DNA of 64,000 nt from Hydrolagus colliei. Its lineage: Eukaryota. The stretch is from the NCBI GenBank assembly GCA_035084275.1, contig CM068742.1, positions 154,752,001 through 154,816,000 of the forward strand, read 5' to 3'. Below are positions 1 to 12,145 of this stretch, one piece after another. The position numbers and the translations under genes are program-made. The notes under the pieces were generated by a model. That model was not told the DNA's origin. It made no database searches and saw only the letters and a program-made list of their open reading frames with translations. The number at the start of each line of letters is the position of its first letter. Within the stretch, counting starts at the first letter, position 1.

Positions 1-678
1 TACATCAACTGCGCTACCATTATCCACCCATTCCGTTACCTCATCAAAAAATTCTATCAGATTTGTAAGGCAAGATTTGCCTTTAACAAATCCATGTTGA
101 CTGTCCTTTATTAGCCTATATCTTTCTAAGTGAAGATCTACCTTGTCCCTGATTATGGACTCTAGAATTTTGCCCACTACCGACGTTAGACTGACTGGTC
201 TGTAGTTACCAGGCTTGTCCTTCTGCCCCTTTTTATACAAGGGAGTAACATTAGCTATCCTCCAGTCCTCTGGCACGACCCCTGTGTCCAAGGAAGATTG
301 AAAGATCGTGGCCAGAGTCCCTGCTATTTGCTCCCGTGCCTCACTTAGTAACCTAGGGTGCATCCCATCCGGACCAGGTGACTTATCCACCTTGAGCGAC
401 GTCAACCTTTTTAGAACTTCCTCTCTGGTTATAATTATTCTATCCATTTCTCCTACCCTCTCCTCTAATACCATGGCATTGGCTGTATCATTTTCTTTTG
501 TGAAGACAGAGGCGAAGTAATCATTCAGTACATCAGCCATGCCCTCTGCCTCCACAATGAGATTTCCTCCTAGGTCCCTAATTGGCCCCACCCTCTCCTT
601 GACCAACCTTTTACTCTTAATATGTTGGTAAAAAACCTTAGGGTTCCCCTTAATCTTACTCGCTAATTGTTTTTCATG
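1..678 (-). mobile_element. CR1 LINE ORF2 fragment (young family, inverted)
   Basis: Reverse complement of the + copy at ~2240-2524 and 2790-3213, without the 2525-2789 insert. Confidence 0.9.
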
Positions 679-1610
679 AGGTAACTAGAGGCAGACAACA
701 TGGATTTGTTGAAGGCAAATCTTGCCTAACAAATCCAATAGAATTTTTTGAGGAGGCGACTGCGAGGGTTGCTGAGGGAAATGCGCTGGACGTTATTAAC
801 ATGGATTTCAAAAAGGCTTTTGACACAGGACCGCAGAAGAGATTAATAAACAAATGAGAGGCCCACGGTATTAAGGGGATCGTGGCAGTTTGGAATAAGA
901 ACTGGCTGAGTGACAGAAAGCAGAGGGTGGTGGTTAATGGGTGTTTCTCGAAATGGAAGGAGGTGAGCAGCGGTGACCCCCAGGGATCGGTATTGGGACC
1001 ACTGCTATTTCTAATATATATTAATCATCTGGACTTGGGCACAGAGAGCACTATTGCCAAGTTTGCAGATGATACAAAGTTAGGTAGGGTAGTAAATAGT
1101 GAGGAGGACTGTAACCAACTGCAAGCAGACAAACACAGATTGGTGGAATGGGCTGACATGTGGCAGATGGATTTTAATATGGATAAGTGTGAGGTGATAC
1201 ACTTGGGTAGGAAAAATGATAGGAGGCAATATAGACTCGGTAGCTCAATCTTAAGGGGGGTGAACGTACAGAGAGATCTGGGTGTTCAAGTAAGCGAATC
1301 ATTAAAGGAAGCAGGGCAGGTAGATAAGGCAGTAAACAAGGCATTTGGTGTACTGAGCTTTATTAGTAAAGGCATAGAGTATAAGAGTAGGGAGGTTATG
1401 GTTAATCTATACAAAACACTGGTTAGGCCTCAGCTGGAGTACTGTGTCCAGTTCTGAGCACCTTACTTCAGGAAGGACATTAAGGTACTGGAAAGGGTGC
1501 AGAGGAGACTCAAGAGAATAATACCAGGAATGGGGAACCTTAGCTATGAGGACAGGCTGGAGAAGTTTGGACTTTTCCCATTAGAGCAGAGAAGGTTACG
1601 CGAGGACCGG
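679..1610 (+). mobile_element. Older CR1 RT fragment
   Basis: ORF 882-1457 contains QGSVLGPLLF..KFADDTKL..RPQLEYCVQF; stops and frameshifts flank it. Confidence 0.9.
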
Positions 1611-1789
1611 ATAGATACAACTAATGAGCAGTGGGCAGTATTCAAAGAGGAGATATTTCAGGCACAGGTCAAAAGCATCCCCACAAAGGTGAAATGTAAG
1701 GCATCCAAACCTCACTGAATGACTAAGGCAATCGGGGCCAAAATAAACCAAAAAAAAGAGGCTTATAATAAGTGTCAGGCTCAAAATTC

Positions 1790-2152
1790 AGAATCATAGA
1801 ATCATAGAATCATAGAATTTTACGGCACAAAAGGAGGCCATTTGGCCCATCTAGTCTGTGCCGGCTCTTTGAAAAGAGCGATTCAATCCCACTGCCCTGC
1901 CCGCTCCCCATAGCCTAATAGACCCGTTCTCCCTAAATAAAGATCTAATTCCCTTTTAAAAGTTGTTATCGAATCAGCCTCCACCACCTTTTCAGGCAAT
2001 GCATTCCAGATTCGAACAACTCGCTGAGTGAAAAAATTTCTCCTCAGCTCCCCTCTACTGCGCCTTGAAACTATTTTAAATCTGTGACCACGAGTCACAG
2101 ATTCACCCACGAGTGGAAATAGTTTTTCTCTATTTGCCCTGTCGAAACCTGT
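1790..2152 (-). mobile_element. Nested CR1 3' fragment (same family)
   Basis: Reverse complement of ~4027-4370, including the tail; it interrupts contiguous ORF2 sequence (attcagaa|gggaacc). Confidence 0.9.
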
Positions 2153-2524
2153 CGAAGGGAACCAAGCAGAATATAGGAAGTAAAGGAGGTAAATGTAGGA
2201 TAGAACTAAAAAAGGAAGTTAGAGGGGGAAAGAGACTGCATGAGAAAGAATTAGCGAGTAAGATTAAGGGGAACCCTAAGGTTTTTTACCAACATATTAA
2301 GAGTAAAAGGTTGGTCAAGGATAGGGTGGGGCCAATTAGGGAATCTCATTGTGGACGCAGAGGGCATGGCTGATGTACTGAATGAGTACTTCGTCTCTGT
2401 CTTCACAAAAGAAAAGGATACAGCCAATGCCATAGTATTGGAGGAGAGGCTAGGAGAAATGGATAGAATAATTATAACCAGAGAGGAAGTTCTAAAAAGG
2501 TTGACGTCGCTCAAGGTGGATAAG

Positions 2525-2789
2525 GCGAAGTAGAGGGGAGGTGAGGAGAAATGTTTTTACTCGGCGAGTTGTTCGAATCTGGAATGCATTGCCTGAAAAG
2601 GTGGTGGAGGCTGATTCGATAACAACTTTTAAAAGGGAATTAGATCTTTATTTAGGGAGAACAGGTCTATTAGGCTATGGGGAGCGGGCAGGGCAGTGGG
2701 ATTGAATCGCTCTTTTCAAAGAGCCGGTACAGACTAGATGGGCCGAATGGCCTCCTTTTGTGCAATAAAATTCTATGAATCTGTGAATC
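2525..2789 (+). mobile_element. Nested CR1 3' fragment flanked by TAAG duplication
   Basis: The uninterrupted copy at ~380 reads gtggaTAAGtcacc (reverse complement); here it reads TAAG-insert-TAAG. Confidence 0.9.
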
Positions 2790-4375
2790 TAAGTCACCTG
2801 GTCCGGATGGGATGCACCCTAGGTTACTAAGGGAGGCACGGGAGCAAATAGCAGAGACTCTGGCCACGATCTTTCAATCTTCCTTGGACACAGGGGTGGT
2901 GCCAGAGGACTGGAGGATAGCTAATGCTAATGTCCTTCTGTCCCTTGTATAAAAAGGGGCAGAAGGACAAGCCTGGTAACTACAGACCAGTCAGTCTAAC
3001 GTCGGTAGTGGGCAAATTTCTAGAGTCCATAATCAGGGACAAGATAGATCTTCACTTAGAAAGATATAGGCTAATAAAGGACAGTCAACATGGATTTGTT
3101 AAAGGCAAATCTTGCCTTACAAATCTGATAGAATTTTTTGATGAGGTAACGGAATGGGTGGATAATGGTAGCGCAGTTGATATAGTTTACATGGACTTTC
3201 AAAAGGCATTTGACAAAGTGCCACATGAGAGACTTATTAGGAAATTAAAGGCCCACAGTGTAAAAGGGACAGTGGCAGAGTGGATCCACAACTGGCAGCG
3301 AGACAGAAAGCAGAGAGTTGTAGTGAGTGGCTGTTTTTCAGACTGGAGGGAAGTGAGCAGTGGTGTGCCACAGGGATCGGTTTTGGGACCATTGCTCTTT
3401 GTAATCTACATCAATGATCTGGACTTGGGTGTAGGGAGTACAGTTTCCAAGTTTGCAGATGACACTAAGTTAGGGAGAATAGTAAATAGTGAGGAGGATA
3501 GTAGCCATCTGCAAGAGGATATAGACAAATTGGTAAAGTGGGCAGACACATGGCAGATGAAGTTTAATGCAGAGAAGTGTGAGGTGATGCATTTTGGGAG
3601 AAGAAATGAAGGGAGGCAGTATAGGCTAGATAGTACAATTTTAAATGGTGTGAAGGAAAAGAGAGACCTGGGGATTTGTGTTAGTGACTCGTTGAAGGTG
3701 GCAGGACAGGTAGACAAGGCTGTTAAGAAGGCATATGGGATGCTAGGCTTTATAAATAGGGGTATAGAGTACAAAAGTCAGGAAGTGCTGACTAACCTCT
3801 ATAAAACTTTGGTGAGGCCTCAGCTGGAATACTGTGTTCAATTCTGGTCACCACACTACAGAAAGGATGTGAAGACATTGGAAAGGGTACAAAGAAGATT
3901 TACTAGGATGGTGCCAGGATTGATGGACTTCAGCTATGAGGAGAGGCTAGATAGGCTAGGGTTATTCTCTCTGGAGCAGAGAAGGTTGAGGGGAGACCTA
4001 ATAGAGGTTTATAAGATCATGAGGGGTTTCGACAGGGCAAATAGAGAAAAACTATTTCCACTCGTGGGCGAATCTGTGACTCGTGGTCACAGATTTAAAA
4101 TATTTTCAAGGCGAAGTAGAGGGGAGCTGAGGAGAAATTTTTTCACTCAGCGAGTTGTTCGAATCTGGAATGCATTGCCTGAAAAGGTGGTGGAGGCTGA
4201 TTCGATAACAACTTTTAAAAGGGAATTAGATCTTTATTTAGGGAGAACAGGTCTATTAGGCTATGGGGAGCGGGCAGGGCAGTGGGATTGAATCACTCTT
4301 TTCAAAGAGCCGGCACACACTAGATGGGCCGAATGGCCTCCTTTTGTGCCGTAAAATTCTATGAATCTATGAATC

Positions 4376-4815
4376 TAGGTCTTCAAGATCATGAAAGGTT
4401 GCGACAGCTAGGTAGGGAAAAGCTGTTTCCGCTGGTAGGTGTGTCTGTGACCCGTGGTCACAGTCTTAAGGTATCTAGCAAAAGAAGCAGAGGGGAGGTT
4501 AGAAGAAATTTTTTTACTCAGCGTGTTGTTCGAATTTGGAATGATCTGCCTGAAAGGGAAGTGAGATCCGATTCGATAGCAGCTTTTGAGAGAGAACTAG
4601 ATAGGTATCTGGGGAAGATGGGTTTGCAGGGTTATGGGGAGAAAGCTGGTGATTGGGGTTAATGATAGCCAGCGCCTTGGGACTTCCTCCCGACGTGAAA
4701 GGCGCTCTATAAATGTAAATTGTTGTTATTTGTTGTTGTTGCTCGGTCACAGAGCTGGCACAGACTCGATGGGCCGAATGGCCTCCTTCTGTGCCGGAAC
4801 ATTCTATGATTCTAT
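4376..4815 (+). mobile_element. Additional CR1 3' fragments with an L2-type tail between them
   Basis: REKLFPLVG..RNFFTQRV..WN frame in ORF 4324-4662; CR1 tail at ~4800. Confidence 0.85.
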
Positions 4816-6252
4816 GTTTATTTGCTCAGGCCCCTCACATGACTATCTGGCATCAGGAAGATTGAGTCCCATGTGATGGTGTCTAGTCTGGTGCCTCAGC
4901 CAGGTGGGACGTTGTACTCCAGGGCACTGCTGAGTTTGTATCAGCCTAATTGACAGGTTTTGGAATCACAGACTAGTCACTCAGGGCAGGGAATCCTCCC
5001 ACTCAGCTCATTCACTGCGCTGACCCAGCTGGACAAACAAAGCAACCTGCATTTCTATAGCGCCCTTCAATGTGAGGTAGCGTCTCAGAGAGCTTTGCAG
5101 CACTATCCTGCATTCAGGGCACTATATAGAGCAGGAAGCTTGCCATACAGTGCTGTCAATGGCAAACTATGCTATGGAGTCTAGTGTTGAAGCAGTTAGA
5201 GTACTCGCTTCAGTATATATACAGTATATTCTGTCAAGTGTTTTGAAACATCTCAACAATGTGATACATTGCTACATCAATAGAAACGTTATTGTACTGT
5301 TTTAGCTGGATGAAGTCCCAACAGTTACCCCAACACATACCCTGGGGTCTCCAAACATTGCAATGGTCAAAGTGTGAATAACACTCTCTGAATTACATAT
5401 TGTGAGTGTATATATGTGGAACTCTCACTGGTTTAGATATTCTTAACAATGGTGATAGATTTCTCCATGTATAAGGCAATCGTCTGCCTAAATACAAGAG
5501 ATTTTCTCCCTGTGTCCTCACCAACAATCCTCCACGTTTATTAGTCATTCGTTTCATAATCATTGAAATCTTTGAACTGAGTAATCTGACTGCAAAAGAG
5601 TCACTATTCATATAGTAACAAATAATAATAATAATCCTTGTATTTTTGAGACATCTTGAAGATATGAAAAGTGCTATAACAAATGCAAGGATTATTATTA
5701 TTACTGTATATTATACTTTATCACATTTTCTAGACATCTCAGAGCCCTGTACGTTATACGTTATACAGTGAATTGACTCTATTTTATTGCCAAAGATTCC
5801 AGCAAATTGCCCACAACAGTGTCCCACAAACCATTGTGGATTAAGTTACCAAATCTTTGTTTTGTGACCAAATCTTATTATCAAGCAAAGAAATACTCCA
5901 ATCGAAGAAAAGAACGGGTTTGTATGTAATGCTAGGTAAAGAGAGTTGTGTGGACTAAGGAAACTTACCCAAGTTTTTGCCCTACCCAGGAGTCAAGCTC
6001 AGGTCCTCTATTTTGTGAGGCAACTGCTCTAAGATACAGGATTTATCTCAGTAAGAAGGTTATTGGTGCTATAAAAAGCCCACATTTAACATAAGATAAT
6101 ATGTGATACAACCTCAGAGAGGGTGAGAGAGGAGCACAGGCATGAGGGAGATGGTGCCATGAAAAGCAGAAATATATAGCATTTCACAGTGAATAACATG
6201 TATTCTGTCACACTGACTGCTCTGCACTATTCCATTCCTGTTCCTGTCTCAG

Positions 6253-6636
6253 GTCATAAAAAGAAGCTCTCATCAGTGACTGGTACCAAGGGAGGTGATG
6301 CCACACTGCCCTGCTCCTTCACCAGGCCCAACACACACCAGAATCGTGCCACAGTCACAGTGATTTGGAGGAGAGGGAGGCCACAAGGGCAGCCAGTTTC
6401 TAATGACACTCTTGACCTCACCTCCCGCTCCAAACCCAGGGAGTCAGAGACAGTGAATGAAGGAAATCGCTATAACCTGGTTGGGAATGTGAGGGATGGA
6501 GACGCTTCCCTGAGGATCAGGGACCTGGAGTTAAACGACACCGACCAGTATTTCTGTCATGTACACGTCATGTTTATCAATAGCGGAGAACAACAAGATC
6601 ATGTGACACAGGACATGTCACAGCTGCTGGTTGTTG
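6253..6636 (+). CDS. SIGLEC15-like: Gene A exon: Ig V-set domain, Siglec-15-like, lacking the sialic-acid-binding Arg
   Basis: Acceptor ttcctgtctcAG|GT and donor G|GTAAGA; 384 nt, phase 1-1. Encodes TLPCSFTRP..VIWRRG..RYNLVGNVRDGDASLRIRDLELNDTDQYFCHVH, which matches the Siglec-15 V pattern (LPCTFTHP, GNPRRNDLSLR, YFCRVE) with R->H. Confidence 0.92.
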
Positions 6637-7229
6637 GTAAGAAATCTCTTGTCTCTGTGGGACATGGAAAGGGGTAAATGTCAATGTTCACGGGCGCATC
6701 ATTTCAGACTAGGTTTGTCTCATTCCTTACCCTGTGCCTCACGTGTTAATTAGCAAAAGAAACATGTTATGAAATAACGGAACCTGTTACTGGGGGAGGG
6801 TTTCATCCTACGTCTCCCATTAACGCTGCAGCCAAAGTTAGGGTGATCCTAGCTGGACAAGCAGCCGGTATCATGCAATGTGGTTTTTCAGAAGATCACA
6901 GGATTGGTCTGAATGAAGAAAGCCCATCCAATCTTATCCTTACGGAACTTCCCCAATTGCTCCCTACTCCCTACCAACCCCTCACCCCTCACCTTGGTAC
7001 ATTGGTATCAAGCGGAGTATAAAAATCTGTAATTGCACTCACTGAAAGCAAATTGGCTAGATAGGTAAAAAGGAAACACTTTCAGTGCTGTGGGGTAAGA
7101 GCGGGGTAGGGGGAGTAGTTGGTAACTGAGTGGATCCTGTAGGTTGAAGCACTTGGCTTGCAAGTCAGAGGACCTGGATTCAATTTTGGGGCAGGAAAAG
7201 CATTGGGCAACCTTCTTTACTCCACACTC

Positions 7230-7825
7230 CTCCATTTTCCCAGCAATGAGTATGAATCATTGTAAAAGGTTTAGAGTACAAGAGAAGGGAATTCTTGCTG
7301 CAACTGTATAGGGCCTTGGTGAGACTTCACCTAGAGTATTGTATGCAGTTTTGGTCTCCTTATTTAATAAAGGACATACTTGCCTTAGAGGGGGGGGGGC
7401 AGTGTAGATTCATTAGGTTAGTTCCTGGGATGAGGGGACTAAACTATGAAGATAGGTTGAATAAACTAGGGCTGTATTCTCTAGAGTAAGAAGAATTAGG
7501 GGAGATTTGTTTTGAAGCATGTAACATTCTCAAAGGGCTGGATAAAGTAGACACCAAGGGATTGTTTCCCTGGTAGGAGAATCTATAACCAGGGTTCATA
7601 ATCTTCAAATTAAGGGTCAGCCTTTTAGAACAGAGTTGAGGAAACATTTCTTCACTCAGAGGGTAGTGAATTTATGGAATTCACTACCCCAGAAGGCTGT
7701 AGATGCCCAGTCCTTAAACATTTTCAAGGCTGAGACTGATAGATTTTTTTTAAAAGAAACAGATTTGGGGATATGGGAATGGGGCAGGTGATTAGAGTTG
7801 GGTGAGAAGATCAGCCATGAGATAT
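7230..7825 (+). mobile_element. CR1 3' fragment (older subfamily)
   Basis: [21 protein letters not shown]..; frameshifted. Confidence 0.85.
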
Positions 7826-8218
7826 CTAGAAGATGTGAAAAGCATTATATTAAATGCAATTATTATTATTATTATTATTAGTGGTAGTAAATGCAAGGAT
7901 GATTACATATTATAGCTCTTTCAAAGAGCCAGAACAGAGATGATGGGCAGAATCGCCTTCTTCCTGCTATAAGATTCTGTGATATTAAAAAGGAATTATT
8001 AAGTATTTGAAGAGGAACATTATAAACAAAATTAAGATGTACAAGAAAAAAAGCAGGCAATTGGATTAAAGTAGAAAAACAACAACAAAATTACATTTGT
8101 ATAATGTCTTTCACGTTGGGAGGACATCCCAAGAACACCTTTGAGTAAGTAAGTACCAGCAGATATGACAGTGAAAGTTATTTAATTAGAATAACTCTGT
8201 GTTTCTTTATACCCAAAG

Positions 8219-8659
8219 CTCCGGCCATCATTGTTAATCTGTCCCTCGTGGCCGGTGATGGAGCCGGAGGTGGCATCGTGTGCACGGCTGAGGGGGAACC
8301 GCTGGCCACCATCACATGGATCGACCCCCAGAATAACACGCTGCCCGTCAACACCCACACGTCAATCACACATATACCAGACACACATCTAACCGTGGGG
8401 GAGATCTGGGGCCTGAGGCTGAGGGGAACTTACCGCTGTGTAGCTGAGAACACACAGGGCAGTGACACACAAGACATCCTCATCACTGCCTTACAGAGTG
8501 TTGGGGACAAGGAGAGTGATGGGGACAGGGAGAGTGATGGGGACAGGGAGAATGGTGGAGATAAGGAGAGTGGTGGAGACAATACAGTATGTATCGTAGT
8601 CTCCACTGTGGTGCTGCTCGTTCTGCTGACTGCCTTAATTATCTGGTGGGTAAAGAGAG
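8219..8659 (+). CDS. SIGLEC15-like: Gene A exon: Ig C2-type domain, repeat-extended stalk and uncharged TM
   Basis: Acceptor tttctttatacccaaAG|CT and donor G|GTAGGT; 441 nt, phase 1-1. Encodes APAIIVNLS..CTAEGEPLATITW..YRCVAENTQG (Siglec-15: APRIVNIS..CTAEGEPPPALAW..YTCTAANSLG); TM VCIVVSTVVLLVLLTALIIWWV followed by KR. Confidence 0.92.
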
Positions 8660-8755
8660 GTAGGTGTTTACAACAATAACAACAAAATTACATCTGTATA
8701 GTGCCTTTCACGTCAGGAGGATATCCCAATGCACTGACAGATATAGTGATTTTGT

Positions 8756-9040
8756 GGAGTCCTGTAGCTCAGTGGTTTCTGAGTACTCGACTTACAAGTG
8801 TAAGAACTGCGTGTGATTCCAGGCAGGATGAAACCTTTGTCAAGTTTCCTTATTCCACTCGCCTGATAATACCTTAAAAAATCAATAATCAATTGGTCAT
8901 TTCAATCCATGACTGTTTGTGGGATACTGCTATGTGCAATTAGCTGCCACATTTAGCCCACAAATATACAGTCAATTCACTTTACAGTATATTATTTGAA
9001 GCACTTTGAGACTTCTAGAAGATATGAGAAGTGCTATTTG
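8756..9040 (+). mobile_element. tRNA-derived SINE
   Basis: Head tcctgtagctcagtgg (A box) with degenerate B box; body gtcatttcaatccatgactgtttgtggg..; L2-like tail. Confidence 0.8.
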
Positions 9041-9044
9041 AGGA

Positions 9045-10335
9045 TATTTCGAGTAAACTAGATAGGGGTGAATCAGTGGATGTTGTCTATTTGGACATCC
9101 AGAAGGCATTCGATATGGTGCCGCATTAAAGGTTGATCCATAAGATAGGGGCTTACAGAATTGGGGGAAAATATTAACATGGATTAGGTAATAGTTAATA
9201 GGTAGGAAACAAAGAGCAGGGATAAACAGGTCTTTCTCAGATAGGCGGGATGTGACTAGTGGAGTGCCACAAGGATCAGTTCTTGGACCTCAGCTATTTA
9301 CCATCTACATCAATGATCTAGATAAGGACATTGAGCTTAATATATCTAAATTTGCTGATGATACGAAACTAGGAGGAAGCATTAATACCAAGGATGATAT
9401 TTTAAAAATGCAGCGCGATATAGATAGGTTAGGTGAGTGAGAAGGTAGGTGGCAGATGCAGTATAATGTAGGGAAGTGCAAGGTCATTCACCTAGGTAGC
9501 AAAAACATCAACAACAACAATAACTTCAATTTATATAGCGCCCTCCACACCGGACGGTGTCTCAGAGTGCTTCGCATCAGAGCAGGTTATTCTTTAGAGG
9601 GGGAGAGATTGGAAACTGTTAGCATGTCGAGGGACTTGGGTGTCCTTGAACACCAAAACCAAAAGTTAATATGCAGGTGCAGCAGGCAATTAGGAAAGCT
9701 AACGGTATGTTAGCTTTCATTATGAAAGGGTTAGAGTATAAGAGTAGGGAAGTCTTGCTGCAGCTGTATAGGGCCCTGATGAGACCACACCTGGAATACT
9801 GTGTGAAGTTTTGGTCTCCTTATTTAAGAAAGGATGTACTTGCCTTGGAGGGAAGTACGTTGGTTGTAGCGTAGGTTTACTAGGTTAGTACCTGGAATGA
9901 GGGGCATGAGTTATGATGATAAGTTGATTAATTTGGGCCCATATTCTCTGGCATATAGAAGAATTAGAGGGGATCTTATGGAAACCTATAAGATTATTGA
10001 GGGGCACGACAAAGTAGATAGTGTTTCCCCTGCTTGGAGAATCTAAAACCAGGGGTCACAGTCTTAAAGTTAGAAAAAGCCCTTTCACACTGAGTTGAGA
10101 AAAAACTTCTTCACTCAGGGTGGTGAATGTATGGAATTCTTTACCCCAAAGGGCTGTTGATGCTCAGTCCTTGAACATATTCAAGACCAAGTTGATTAGA
10201 TTTCTCATTTATAAGGGATTAAGGGGTATGGGGATAAGGCAGGTAGCTGGAGTTAGAGTAGAATATCAGCCATGATTGAATGGCGGGGCAGGCTCGAGGG
10301 GCCGAATGGTCTACTCCTGCTCCTATTTCTTATGC
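9045..10335 (+). mobile_element. Degenerate CR1 RT/3' region with a short L2-tail insert (~9505-9580)
   Basis: VPQGSVLGPQLF..FADDTKL and RPHLEYCVKFWSP in broken frames. Confidence 0.9.
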
Positions 10336-10699
10336 TATCTCAAATGCAAGGATTATTATTATTATTATTCCAAGTGAGTCCAGTTTAGCCACTCGCATTC
10401 TCACCTCTGACTCAGCAAATATTCTGCCATATACACACACTGGGTAACCATACAATAATAATAAGCAGAAGGAGAAGAAGAAAAATTATTGTGTTTGATA
10501 TTGCCAGCCGGTGGTTTCCTGGCTTCCTGCTTTAGTAACCATAGTTTCACCACACAATAGGAAGCAAAAACTTTGCCACAAGTCTTTCACTAGAATAACA
10601 TACACACTTACCAAACCAGCGAACCATCTAAAGCAATATCAAATGAAATAATTATTATTAGGATTATTATTATCTCTCACCTTTCTTTGGTCTCTTCAG

Positions 10700-10730
10700 G
10701 TGTTGGAGTTTCCCGCCAGCATTCAGAGAG
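10700..10730 (+). CDS. Gene A cytoplasmic exon 1 (GVGVSRQHSE)
   Basis: ctttggtctcttcAG acceptor, GTGAGT donor; 31 nt, phase 1-2. Same-length paralog at 54421-54451 (-). Confidence 0.85.
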
Positions 10731-11621
10731 GTGAGTGTGTCTTTCTAATGCTTTTACTTTTCCATTGACATTCAAGTTGCAAATGGCTGTTGTCCGGCAA
10801 GCTTCCTGCTTCTCTCTCCAGCTATGACCACCCTACCCATTGGGGCTTTGGCTTGTAGGGTTAACAGGAAATGAGTGGGAGGATTCCCAGGCCCCAGTGG
10901 CCGGTCAGTCCTTCCAATTCTCGCCGATGAGCAATCTGTCAACTGCAGTGCACTTGAATACCGGATACTCACCTGGCTCAGGACCCGGACTGGAGACCCA
11001 CAGACTGTGGGCTTGATTGCAACATTCTGTTTCCAACAGCCAGTGAAGCCCACGGAAACACTGTGATACTTGAACCACCCCCCACTGCCCCACCATCCAA
11101 ATAACAACTTGTGTCTCCTCCGTGGGGATAAAGCAGGATTTCTAGAGCCAGCTCATTGCTGAGCTGGCTCTAGGGCAACATTATTCGCAACAGAATTTTA
11201 TTTCATTTGAGATGTATTTATTTCATTTGAGATGTATTTCACGACACCTGGAACTCTCAGTTAAAACACTTCGCACTCGCTCCTGCCATTTCAAAACCCA
11301 GCTAAATCCTTATGAGACTGAGCAGTTTCTCACTCAACGTGGACTCCTGCCCCTTCTCTCTGAAGTGATTGGGAAAGATCTCTGATACGAAAGACACTGT
11401 ATAAGTGCAAGCGGCTGTTCTTGAATCTCCATTGCTCCTCGTCTGTAGCTTTGTATTAACCACCCTGTAATGCGTTGCCTAGAACTCCACACAATCCTGT
11501 GACCGCACTGAGGCTTGGACCCTTCAGAGAAGAGTCTTTCTCCCTATGTCCTGGCCAACAATCCCCTCAGTAAACTTGATCACTCACTTCACTTCATTCA
11601 CTTGGCTGGTGTTATTCTCAG

Positions 11622-11935
11622 TTCTGTATCTGAGTGGTTAGAGCACTCGCCTTACAAGTGTAAGGCCTATGTTCGTATCCAGGCAAGTCAGTGTGAAACC
11701 TTGGGCAAGTCTCCTTGATCTACACGCCTAAACATAAGTCCTCAAAAAGCCCCATAATAATCAAATTGGTCATTTCAATCCACGACTGTTTGTGGGGAGG
11801 CTGCTGTGCGCAATTAGCTGCCATGTTTCGCCCACAAATATACAGTTAATTGACTTTACAGTATATTCTGTGAAGCGCTTTGAGATGTCTACAACACATG
11901 AAAAGTGCAATACCAAATGCAAGGATTATTATTAA
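11622..11935 (+). mobile_element. tRNA-derived SINE
   Basis: gagtggttagagcactcgccttacaag..gttcgtatccagg head, same body as other copies, (att)n tail. Confidence 0.8.
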
Positions 11936-12083
11936 AATACACAGACACTACTACAGTAAATTATGTGAAGTGCTATAGGACGTCCTCCTGATGTGAAAGA
12001 CATGATATCAAATGTAAAGATTATTAGTTTTATCTTCCATCCTCTATAAAATGTAAAATATAGAATGTTTTCTATTTTTTTAG

Positions 12084-12145
12084 TCGTCAAATGGATTTGG
12101 TTGTTGACAACGACTTGGTTCAGTCTCAGCTGCCTACAGGAGACG
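12084..12145 (+). CDS. Gene A cytoplasmic exon 2 (SRQMDLVVDNDLVQSQLPTGD)
   Basis: ttctatttttttAG acceptor, GTAACT donor; 62 nt, phase 2-1, which restores frame. Paralog at 50939-51000 (-). Confidence 0.85.

Larger units (their letters stand above)
1611..4375 (+). mobile_element. 5'-truncated CR1 LINE with near-intact RT ORF (2924-4291) and two nested inserts
   Basis: 455-aa ORF with YRPVSL, DFQKAFD, VPQGSVLGP, FADD and the CR1 C-terminus; 3' UTR ending in (ATTCTATGA)-type repeats. Confidence 0.95.

Noticed and set aside
2924-4291. 455-aa ORF as a host gene or active retrotransposon
   Set aside because: It is CR1 RT only; the upstream part is disrupted by an insertion/frameshift near 2920 and two nested elements, and the endonuclease is absent.
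6100-6130. Conserved donor-like AGG|GTGAG upstream of the A and D-V2 acceptors
   Set aside because: The upstream sequence is not conserved between A and D and has no open leader-like frame.
6356-6362. CACAGTG heptamer in the V exon, suggesting rearranging Ig/TCR/NAR segments
   Set aside because: No nonamer at 12 or 23 bp spacing, it is internal to the coding sequence, and all V exons end in ordinary splice donors.
10772-11107. Overlapping short ORFs in a gene A intron
   Set aside because: No recognisable motif, no counterpart in gene D, and not needed to keep the exon phase.
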